Positions 38,652-49,406 of a stretch of 64,000 nt of DNA are shown one piece after another; the first letter of the stretch is position 1; every line of letters begins with the position of its first letter. Location: assembly GCA_950097015.1 (NCBI GenBank), contig CATNEN010000039.1, positions 806,001 through 870,000 on the forward strand, written 5' to 3'. The notes under the pieces are model-generated. The model had not been told where the DNA came from. It searched no databases and saw nothing but the letters and a program-made list of their open reading frames with translations. The position numbers were made by a program, and so were the translations under genes. The stretch is from Macrostomum hystrix (taxonomy: Eukaryota > Animalia > Platyhelminthes).

Positions 38652-41065
38652 TCAAGTCTGCAGGCTGTCCCGCATGAGGCTGAGCAGCTGGTCCTGCGGC
38701 AGTGCCTGCACGGCGCCAAACAGGGTCAGCCAGGCGCGACCAGCGCGAGCCACGGGGCCGGCCAGGAGCTGCGCGCAGCGGTCAAAACGCTCGGCGAAGT
38801 CGTGCGGCCCGACAGCGTACAGGTGGGCGTAGAGGGCGCCGGCCAGCCGGTCCAGCGCCGCAGTCCGAGCCGCCTGGCAGGTCGGACATGCGGCAGCTTC
38901 GGTGGCGCTCGGCGCCAGGCCAGCCAGCGCTGCGGCTAGCGCAGCGGCCGTCTCGTCGCCGAGGCTCCAGTCGGCCAGGCGCACCAGTGCCGGGCACAGC
39001 TCGGCGAGGCAGCCAACACCGTCGGGAGCGGCCGCGGTCAGCGCCTCGCACAAGCGGCGCAGCGGGAGGCGAAGGCGGCCGTCGGCGAACAGGCGTAGCT
39101 CGTCGTCCAGCGGGCTGTAGGCCAGGCAGGCGAGCGGAGCAGCGCCGAATGCCAGGGCGGCGCGCAGATGGCCGCGCAGGCAGCAGCCGCCGCCTCCGGC
39201 CGGCCAGACGGGAGCGCAGCCGGCGAAGAAGCCCGTGAGGCGACGCAGTGCGGCCAAGGCCTGGGGTTGGTGGGCAGGGCGAGCAATCGAAAGTTAAGCC
39301 AATCCCTTTCAGCAGATTAGTTCTCAGGTTCGATTTGTGCATCGATGGACTCACCTGCAGGCAGGCATGACCGGCCAGGGGGGGCACCTGCTGCGCCACA
39401 CCTGCTGAGTCGCCGGTGGCGCCCCTGGGCGGCGGCTCCAGCGGCGGTCCAGCCGGCCCGAAGCGCCGGTAGAGCGTCAGAATGCCGGCGGCGATATTGC
39501 GCCGCTCCGGCCCGGCGTCGAGGCTGGCCGGCCGGCGGGCGACGGCGGCGAAGGCGACCCGGAAGGCGGCCTCCTCAACCGCCGGGTCGCACAACAGGCC
39601 CGCCAGAGCAGCCTCGGTTTGGGCCGCGCGGCCGACAAGGCCGGCCAGGGCGGTCCAGGCAGCGTCCGCCGGGTTCGGCGCTGGCTGCAGCGGAGGCGGC
39701 GTTGGCAGCTCGATTGGCGTGGCCTCCAGCTTCACGCAGTCGAATCCATTGTCTGCGGGGTGTGCGTGAAAGATAGTATTCAAGTTGGCACCGGTCAGGT
39801 GGCTTCGGATAAATTTAAAGCAACTTCAGAACAGCTAATCCTCAGTTTCAGACCAGCTAATCCTCAGCTTCAGGGCATCTAATCCTCAGCTTCAGGGCAT
39901 CTAATCCTCAGCTTCAGGACATCTAATCCTCAGTTTCAGACCAGCTAATCCTCAGCTTCAGGGCATCTAATCCTCAGCTTCAGGGCAGCTAATCCTCAGC
40001 ATTAGGGTAGCTAACCAAGAGCATCAGGCAGCTAACCAACAGCTTCAGGGCAGCTAACCAACAGCTTCAGGGCATCTAATCCTCAGCTTCAGGGCAGCTA
40101 ATCCTCAGCTTCAGGGCATCTAATCCTCAGCTTCAGGGCATCTAATCCTCAGCTTCAGGGCAGCTAATCCTCAGCATTAGGGTAGCTAACCAAGAGCATC
40201 AGGCAGCTAACCAACAGCTTCAGGGCAGCTAACCAACAGCTTCAGGGCATCTAATCCTCAGCTTCAGGGCAGCTAATCCTCAGCTTCAGGGCATCTAATC
40301 CTCAGCTTCAGGGCATCTAATCCTCAGCTTCAGGGCAGCTAATCCTCAGCATTAGGGTAGCTAACCAAGAGCATCAGGCAGCTAACCAACAGCTTCAGGG
40401 CAGCTAACCAACAGCTTCAGGGCATCTAATCCTCAGCTTCAGGGCAGCTAATCCTCAGCTTCAGGGCAGCTAATCCTCAGCTTCAGGGCAGCTATATGTA
40501 ATGATCAGGCCCTTAGCCAATCTGAGCGGTCACTGACCCAGCAATGCACCGGCAAAGCCCAAGTCGCCCATGGCAGCCGCGGCGGCGTCCACAGCGGCGA
40601 CTCCAGCGTCGTCCATCTTTGCCGGCATTGTGGAGACTCCAGCAGGGGCTGCGGGCGCAGCTTCTGGCGTCTTGCCCACCTGCATGTAGCTGGGGTCCAG
40701 GCCCACCGAGTAGCACTTGGCCAGGCGGCAGGCCGGGCAATCGTTGCGCGTTTCCTTGGTAACCAAACAGGCGCTTGCAGAGTCCCGCTGTTTCTTGCAG
40801 GCCAGCGTCTTGGATGAGTTGCGCCGAAAGAAGTGCTTGCAGGACTCGCAGCAAACCCGGCCGAAGTTGTAGTTGACGGCGGCGTCCCCGCAGACGGTGC
40901 AGACGCGCTGCTCGGCCGGCTCGCCTGGTCGGGCCTTCTTCTTGGCGTGCCGCTTCCGCTTGGGCAGGGCGCCAGCGAAACTGACGGCACCAGCCGTTGA
41001 CTCGGCGGCTGCGGGCGGCTCCTGCAATTCGGAGAATGTCTTACTTTCAGTGCCGTGGGAGCGCG
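38652..41065 (-). CDS. Nuclear receptor, NR1J (HR96/DAF-12/NHR-8)-like, divergent LBD; start codon not found
   Basis: Exons ~41065-40538, 39752-39355, 39260-38652 in phase. C4 fingers CTVCGD...YNFG...CESCKHFFRRN...C...C...RNDCPACRLAKC; AF-2-like end LLSLMRDSL. Confidence 0.85.
39835..40492. repeat. Minisatellite, 22-bp unit, with 175-bp higher-order period, in a receptor intron
   Basis: ctaatcctcagcttcagggca(t/g). The variant cattagggtag recurs at 40000, 40175 and 40350. Confidence 0.96.
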
Positions 41066-41642
41066 CTATGCGGCAGTGGATTTATTATGGCAGCTTAAAC
41101 TGACTGGGGGTGGGTGGGAGGGCGCTATGCGGCACTGGATTTATTATGGCAGCTTAAACTGACTGGGGGTGTGTGGGAGGGCGCTATGCGGCACTGGATT
41201 TATTATGGCAGCTTAAACTGACTGGGGGTGGGTGGGAGGGCGCTATGCGGCAGTGGATTTATTATGGCAGCTTGAACTGACTGGGGTGGGTGGGAGGGCG
41301 CTATGCGACAGTGGATTTATTATGGCAGCTTGAACTGACTGGGGGTGGGTGGGAGGGCGCTATGCGACAGTGGATTTATTATGGCAGCTTGAACTGACTG
41401 GGGGTGGGTGGGAGGGCGCTATGCGACAGTGGATTTATTATGGCAGCTTGAACTGACTGGGGTGGGTGGGAGGGCGCTATGCGACAGTGGATTTATTATG
41501 GCAGCTTGAACTGACTGGGGTGGGTGGGAGGGCGCTATGCGACAGTGGATTTATTATGGCAGCTTGAACTGACTGGAGGTGGGTGGGAGGGCGCTATGCG
41601 GCACTGGATTTATTAGGGCAGATTGAACTGACTGGGGGTGGG
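41061..41642. repeat. Minisatellite, 58-59-bp unit, ~10 copies, G-rich
   Basis: gcgctatgcgRcaStggatttattatggcagcttRaactgactgggggtgggtgggagg. Confidence 0.96.
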
Positions 41643-41834
41643 CGGAGCGATAACAAAAGTGGGTTGGGGTGCGCGATTGAGGGAAAGAGAAAGAGGCTAG
41701 CAGGTGAGACGCGGACGAATCGGAAGACGGCGGAACGAGATCAAAGGTAGAGAGAACTAGACAAAATTAGAGCAAGGTGAGAACTGACTGTAAAGAAACC
41801 GAGAAACCGAAGGTAAACATACGGATTTTTAAAT

Positions 41835-42338
41835 AAGACAGAAAGGGGATTTTAAATCAGAGAGAAAAAGGATTTTAAAATCAGACAGAAAAGGGATTTT
41901 AAAATCAGACAGAAAAAGGATTTAAAAATCAGACAGAAAAAGGAAAGAAAAAGACAAAAAGGTGATTTGAGGTTGAGGATCAGACAAAAATGTGATTTGA
42001 GGTTGAGGATCAGTAAAAAATTGATTTGAGGATCAGACAAAAAGGTGATTTGAGGATCAGACAGAAAGGTGATTTGAGGACCAGACAGAAAGGTGATTTG
42101 AGGATCAGACAGAAAGGTGATTTGAGGATCAGACAGAAAGGTGATTTGAGGACCAGACAGAAAGGTGATTTGAGGATCAGACAAAAATGTGATTTGAGGA
42201 TCAGACAAAAGGTGATTTGAGGATCAGACAGAAAGGTGATTTGAGGACCAGACAGAAAGGTGATTTGAGGATCAGACAGAAAGGTGATTTGAGGATCAGA
42301 CAAAAATGTGATTTGAGGATCAGGCAAAAATGTGATTT
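41835..42338. repeat. Minisatellite, 24-bp unit
   Basis: gatttgaggatcagacagaaaggt repeated. Confidence 0.93.
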
Positions 42339-42687
42339 AAGGAGAGAAAGGAAATCAGGATAGGGGGTAGTTAAAATCCTAGAATTATGAATATTCAAGA
42401 CTCAAAGCAAGACAAGGTTTAGAACATAGTGCACATAGAGACCTCTGTAATGAATTTACAATTTGTATTTCTAAACACATTCAACAATTGACATGAATAG
42501 CTGTAAAATACATTATCGCGCACATTATTTTGCTACAGCAGAACAGCCTACACTCACTGACAGTGAGAACGTTACAAGCAAGAATGCAAACAGCGCGTGC
42601 CATCGCTGACAGCATTAAAGTGGAGATCCAGAGCAAGCTAAGAAATAAATTGGCTACAGGAAAAGCTTGGCAAGGGTCTCATTGTCC

Positions 42688-45600
42688 TCACTGGGACCGG
42701 CGCTTCTGGCTGTAATAGCGCCGGCTGTCCCTCGGCACTCCGAGCAGGTCGCACATGTGCATGCACACGAATATGTAGTACGCGTACAGGCCCAGCACCA
42801 GCAGCCCCACCTTCCACACCTGCGAGCTCAGGGCGCGAGGGACCTGCGGCGATAAGGATAAGGGGATATGGGAGATCAAGGATTGGATCACGACTGGGGC
42901 TTCAAGAAAATGGGAAATGAGAGATGGGATCACTGCCAGAAGATTCAATGGAAATGGGAAGTGAGAGATGGGATTATGAAGGGGGGCTTAAAGAAAATGG
43001 GAAGTGAGAGATGGGATTATGAAGGGGGGGTTAAAGAAAATGGGAAGTGAGAGATGGGATTATGAAGGGGGGATTAAAGAAAATGGGAAGTGAGAGATGG
43101 GATTATGAAGGGGGGATTAAATAAAATGGGAAGTGAGTGACTGGATCATGACAGTGGATTCAATGAAATGAAAAGTGAGAGATGGGATCATGAAAATGGG
43201 GATTAAAGAAAATGGGAAGTGAGAGATGGGATCATAATGGGGGATTAAAGGAAACTGAAAGTGAGTGATGGGATCATGACAACGGATTCAATAAAATGGG
43301 AAGTGAGAGATGGGATCATGATGGGGGATTAACGGAAATTGAAAGTGAGTGATGGGATCATGACAACGGATTCAAGGAAGTGGGAAGTGAGAGATGGGAT
43401 CATGATGGGGGATTAAAGGAAATCGAAAGTGAGTGATGGGATCATGACAACGGATTCAAGGAAGTGGGAAGTGAGTGATGGGATCATGACAACGGATTCA
43501 AGGAAGTGGGAAGTGAGTGATGGGATCATGACAACGGATTCAAAGAAGTGGGAAGTGAGTGATGGGATCATGACAACGGATTCAAAGAAGTGGGAAGTGA
43601 GTGATGGGATCATGACAATGGATTCAAGGAAATGGGAAGTGAGTGATGGGATAAATGACTATGGATTGAATAATTTTGATAGGTGCGAGGATTAAGTGAT
43701 TTGAAATGTGAGTAACCAGTAAGTTAAAAAACAATTTTTTTTCTAAGCCAACGTCAAGCAATAAATCGAAATAGCCTAAGAGTGAAAGCGGTTCGGGCCG
43801 AGACTCACAAAGTTCCGATGCACCGTGTAGTAGTTGTCGCAGGTGAGGTAGCTGCACACTGACTGGGACAGCTCACCTAAATTAAAAGCGAATTGCTCAG
43901 AGATTAGTTCGTCAAAGACTACTCCTAGTAGTATCACAGAGGTATGCGGCACACTCACTTTTGATTTCGTCACCCAGCTGACCAGGCGGAGCGCATGAGT
44001 CCAGGGCTTGCTGCAAGTTACAGGCAGATAACAAAACTGTGCTTTCTACTGATAGTATTCTGAACAGCAAATGCATGGGCAGCATCTCACCATGCACTGC
44101 TCCATCAGCGGCAGCATCTGGGCCTCCTTGCACAGCGCCTGGCGCCAATAGTCGAAGGCGTGCGGAAACGACAGGACGCGGCAGCGGAGAAGCCGGCAAG
44201 ATTCGGCCAGGCAGGTCGTGCCGTTCTGCAGTTTGAGCACAGTGAGTCAGATATGAGTCAGGTGTGTAATAAATGAGAGTCAGGTGTGTAATAAATTAGA
44301 GTCAGGTGTGTAATAAATGAGAGTCAGGTGTGTAATAAATGAGAGTCAGGTGTTTAATAACTGAGAGTCAGGCGTGCAATAAATGAGAGTCAGGTGTGTA
44401 ATAAATGAGAGACAGGACGCATGAGTGTTTATCAAGTCAGGTGTGAGTCAGGCACGCCAAGCGGCACTCACCGCCACAGTCTCGGGGTGCCGTTTCTCGT
44501 AGTGCCTCCACAGCGAGGCCTCCCTATAGAAGGACTTGCCGCAGTAGCCGCACTGCCAGTTGCTGGCGCTGTTGGCAAACGTCCGCTTTTCGTTGTCATG
44601 GTAACGGCTGGGCTTTGGCTGAAACAGGCAGCCAGCTGGCATCTCGACGGAATGCCGCTCGTAGATGGGAAGAATGAGCTGCAGATAGGTATTTGGAGAG
44701 GAGTGCAAGTTTAAACAACGAATGGCACAATGGACTGAGTGGGGTGAGCAGATGACTGAGTGGGTGAGCAGATGACTGAGTGGGTGAGCAGATGACTAAG
44801 TGGAGTGAGCAGATGACTGAGTGGGGTGAGCAGATGACTGAGTGGAGTGAGCAGATGACTGAGTGGGGTGAGCAGATGACTGAGTGGGTGAGCAGATGAC
44901 TGAGTGGGTGAGCAGATGACTGAGTGGGGTGAGCAGATGACTGAGTGGAGTGAGCAGATGACTGAGTGGGGTGAGCAGATGACTGAGTGGGGTGAGCAGA
45001 TGACTGAGTGGGGTGAGCAGATGACTGAGTGGGGTGAGCAGATGACTGAGTGGAGTGAGCAGATGACTGAGTGGGGTGAGCAGATGACTGAGTGGGTGAG
45101 CAGATGACTGAGTGGGTGAGCAGATGACTAAGTGGAGTGAGCAGATGACTGAGTGGGGTGAGCAGATGACTGAGTGGGGTGAGCAGATGACTGAGTGGGG
45201 TGAGCAGATGACTGAGTGGGGTGAGCAGATGACTGAGTGGGGTGAGCAGATGACTGAGTGGGTGAGCAGATGACTGAGTGGGTGAGCAGATGACTAAGTG
45301 GAGTGAGCAGATGACTGAGTGGGGTGAGCAGATGACTGAGTGGGGTGAGCAGATGACTGAGAGGGGTGAGCAGATGACTGAGTAGGGTGAGCAGATGACT
45401 GAGTGGGTGAGCAGATGACTGAGTGGGGTGAGCAGATGACTGAGTGGGGTGAGCAGATGACTGAGTGGGGTGAGCAGATGACTGAGTGGGTGAGCAGATG
45501 ACTGATTAGGGTGAGCATATGACTGAGTGGGGTGTGCTCACTCTTTCAATAATGTACAGAGCCTCCTTGGACAGCTGTCGACTGCAATGGCCGCCGTCGA

Positions 45601-45733
45601 CATCGCCGACACTCGCCGAGGCTCGGCTCACTGGCGGCAACGCGGCGAGAATGAGCAGGGCCGCCGGCAGCAGCCGCAGGAATACCGCCAGTTCGAGGCG
45701 CGAAGGCGTGGCAGTGAGGCCCACAGAGGGCGT
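42688..45733 (-). CDS. Signal-peptide, Cys-rich, single-C2H2-finger, C-terminal TM protein
   Basis: Exons 45733-45542, 44678-44472, 44225-44091, 44010-43959, 43876-43809, 42843-42688, all in phase. HCSR, WQCGYCGKSFY...L..H...RH, CLAESC, TM segment VGLLVLGLYAYYIFV. Candidate ATG at 45828-45826 via a 92-nt intron with a weak donor. Confidence 0.85.
42905..43660. repeat. Degenerate ~42-46-bp minisatellite, intronic
   Basis: gggaagtgag(a/t)gatgggatcatgacaacggattcaag variants. Confidence 0.9.
44255..44412. repeat. Minisatellite, 22-bp unit, intronic
   Basis: gagtcaggtgtgtaataaatga repeated. Confidence 0.92.
44733..45532. repeat. Minisatellite, 20/21-bp unit, intronic
   Basis: gactgagtgg(g)gtgagcagat repeated. 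Confidence 0.97.
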
Positions 45734-46656
45734 CTGAAAATGTGAATCTAGAATGCGTCATCACTGTGTCTGGTAGCCAGTGGCTGAAGCCAGCTGCTGT
45801 CCCTATCAGCTACTCATAGTAGCACCATGTGCAACAGAAATACTGCCTGCCTTCTGTTCAGAATTAAGACAAATAATCAACTCAAAACTAACCGGCCTTC
45901 TTAATCGTAAGGTCACAGTAAATGCAGTAAAATAGCAAAATGATATCCTAATTAGTTTTATTTTCATTATTATTTATTTTATTGTATATTAATAATGAAA
46001 GCGAAAAAGACAAAACAGCGACATGGAAACTATGAGCAAGCTCAGAGCAGTACACATACGAGTACAGTACACAAAAGTCATGCAAAGCAGGCAAAAATGC
46101 AAAAATGTCATGTAAAAATAAACTGAGCATCAGTTTGAGAATGCTGACTGAGATTGAAATATGAGAGAATGCTTGAGGATTGAGTCGAAAATGCTGGACA
46201 CTCACTGCCGAATATGTACAAAAAAACTAATTTACGAATATGATACTACTTATTAGCCATCAGTAGCACCGTAAGTTTATTTCTTGATAAATTTGCACAA
46301 AAGTAAAAAATACAGTAAAAAAACAAAAGAAAACAAATTTGGTCCTCTAATCAAATCGATTGCGGAGCAAATCGATCAGAAAAATTGGCACAGCACAACG
46401 GGCACATCTGTACACCGGTGGTGCAGCGAACTTAGAAGCCTACAGGGCAGGTGCATTCGTATCGACTGCACATTGTAAATAGATTCCCCAAGGAAAATAA
46501 GACCACAGTGTTACGAGCGTAACGTGTGCTTATTAACAGTAGTAATAGTAAACCTGGCATTTTTAAACGGTCAAACAAACCTAGCACGCAGTTTTAGTCA
46601 TTTGAGCATATGCGAGCTGAGCACCTCTTCATATCTTATTTCCCATGGAGCGAAAC

Positions 46657-46890
46657 CTAACTGGCATTCCCTGATGCGAATCCTCCAGGAACCGCTGGCA
46701 TAAACTGGTCCATCACTAACTGGCATTCCCTGATGCGAATCCTCCAGGAACCGCTGGCATAAACTGGTCCATCACTAACTGGCATTCCCTGATGCGAATC
46801 CTCCAGGAACCGCTGGCATAAACTGGTCCATCACTAACTGGCATTCCCTGATGCGAAACCTTCAGGAACCGCTGGCATAAACTGGTCCAT
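46657..46890. repeat. Tandem repeat, 59-bp unit, 4 copies
   Basis: ctaactggcattccctgatgcgaatcctccaggaaccgctggcataaactggtccatca. Confidence 0.95.
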
Positions 46891-47187
46891 CTGCAATTGT
46901 CTACTTCAGCCCCAATGCTGAGACTGTTTTAATTCAGAACGAAGACAAAGTCTGCCGGCGCTGGTTGCCAAGGACAACTGCGGGTCGGCCGGTTAGCCTA
47001 GCAGGGTGTGTATTTGCTGCAGCAATGGAGTCTGGCAACACAACTTGCGGATAGCGTATGGGAAACAACAATGCGAACATAAAGCAGGTGCTAAGTGCAA
47101 CAGATGGTTGCTCGAGTGGGCTGACAACACCTTGTGACAATTTTCTCCGTGAAAATATTAGGCGCCTAATTTTTATGAAGAGATCTT

Positions 47188-48950
47188 CCCCAGTCATATC
47201 CCCTGTCCTCCTAAAGACCCCAGTCATATCCCCAGTCCTCCTAAAGACACCCAGTCATATCCCCAGTCCTCCTAAAGACACCCAGTCATATCCCCAGTCC
47301 TCCTAAAGACACCCAGTCATATCCCCAGTCCTCCTAAAGACCCCAGTCATATCCCCAGTCCTCCTATAGACACTCAGTCATATCCCCAGTCCTGCTAAAG
47401 ACCCCAGTCATATCCCCAGTCCTCCTAAAGACCCCAGTCATATCCCCAGTCCTGCTAAAGACCCCAGTCATATCCCCAGTCCTCCTAAAGACCCCAGTCA
47501 TATCCCCAGTCCTCCTATAGACACCCAGTCATATCCCCAGTCCTCCTATAGACACCCAGTTATATCCCCAGTCCTCCTATAGACACCCAGTCATATCCCA
47601 GTCCTCCTATAGACACCCAGTTATATCCCCAGTCCTCCTATAGACACCCAGTTATATCCCCAGTCCTCCTATAGACACCCAGTCATATCCCAGTCCTCCT
47701 ATAGACACCCAGTTATATCCCCAGTCCTCCTATAGACACCCAGTCATATCCCCAGTCCTGCTAAAGACCCCAGTCATATCCCCAGTCCTCCTAAAGACCC
47801 CAGTCATATCCCCAGTCCTCCTATAGACACCCAGTCATATCCCCAGTCCTCCTATAGACACCCAGTCATATCCCCAGTCCTCCTATAGACACCCAGTTAT
47901 ATCCCCAGTCCTCCTATAGACACCCAGTCATATCCCAGTCCTCCTATAGACACCCAGTTATATCCCCAGTCCTCCTATAGACACCCAGTCATATCCCAGT
48001 CCTCCTATAGACACCCAGTTATATCCCCAGTCCTCCTATAGACACCCAGTCATATCCCCAGTCCTGCTAAAGACCCCAGTCATATCCCCAGTCCTCCTAA
48101 AGACCCCAGTCATATCCCCAGTCCTCCTATAGACACCCAGTCATATCCCCAGTCCTCCTATAGACACCCAGTTATATCCCCAGTCCTCCTATAGACACCC
48201 AGTCATATCCCAGTCCTCCTATAGACACCCAGTTATATCCCCAGTCCTCCTATAGACACCCAGTTATATCCCCAGTCCTCCTATAGACACCCAGTCATAT
48301 CCCAGTCCTCCTATAGACACCCAGTCATATCCCCAGTCCTCCTATAGACACCCAGTCATATCCCAGTCCTCCTATAGACACCCAGTTATATCCCTAGTCC
48401 TCCTATAGACACCCAGTCATATCCCCAGTCCTCCTATAGACACCCAGTCATATCCCAGTCCTCCTATAGACACCCAGTCATATCCCCAGTCCTCCTATAG
48501 ACACCCAGTCATATCCCAGTCCTCCTATAGACACCCAGTCATATCCCAGTCCTCCTATAGACACCCAGTTATATCCCCAGTCCTCCTATAGACACCCAGT
48601 TATATCCCCAGTCCTCCTATAGACACCCAGTCATATCCCAGTCCTCCTATAGACACCCAGTTATATCCCCAGTCCTCCTATAGACACCCAGTTATATCCC
48701 CAGTCCTCCTATAGACACCCAGTCATATCCCAGTCCTCCTATAGACACCCAGTTATATCCCCAGTCCTCCTATAGACACCCAGTTATATCCCCAGTCCTC
48801 CTATAGACACCCAGTCATATCCCAGTCCTCCTATAGACACCCAGTTATATCCCCAGTCCTCCTATAGACACCCAGTTATATCCCCAGTCCTCCTATAGAT
48901 ACCCAGTCATATCCCCAGTCCTTCTAAAGACCTCAGTCATATCCCTAGTC
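47188..48950. repeat. Minisatellite, 30-31-bp unit
   Basis: cccagt(c/t)atatccccagtcctcctatagaca repeated. Confidence 0.98.
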
Positions 48951-49406
48951 TCTTAAATGGCTGAAAGGCATAATTTTTCAACTATTGATTGCTGTTCAGA
49001 AGAGGTAAAGAACAAAAGAAGATCAGCTGCAGGAGGCTGTACAAGAGAGCAAAGTGACAGACTAAAGTGATTGGGAATACACATTCCTGGGGATTTAGAG
49101 AAGCTCAGCCGAAGCTCGCGCGGATGCCTAGTCACACAGGTAAAACACTTGGATTACACTGTGCGACCGATTTGCACAATTGCACAATTTCGTAGTTAAA
49201 AAATTGACGAAACAGACAGCCGCTAGAGGGGCAGTTAGAAAAAGCGACACAGGCTCGGGGCGAAGCATGAAGAACTCTACATTTTTTAGTTTCTATTAAT
49301 TGACAAGCTAAGAATACAATGAGAAGGATAATCAGCTCGGACGTGCGCCTAATATGAAGAAAACTTAAACGAGAATATCTTCTTCCAGGCCAATGTCTGG
49401 CAGAAC

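Noticed and set aside
36996-38655. Long 440-549-aa ORFs (likewise 2125-2932, 21143-22000, 31374-32078, 56625-57459)
   Set aside because: They arise from stop-free minisatellite units, are open in several frames or strands, and show no protein-like content.
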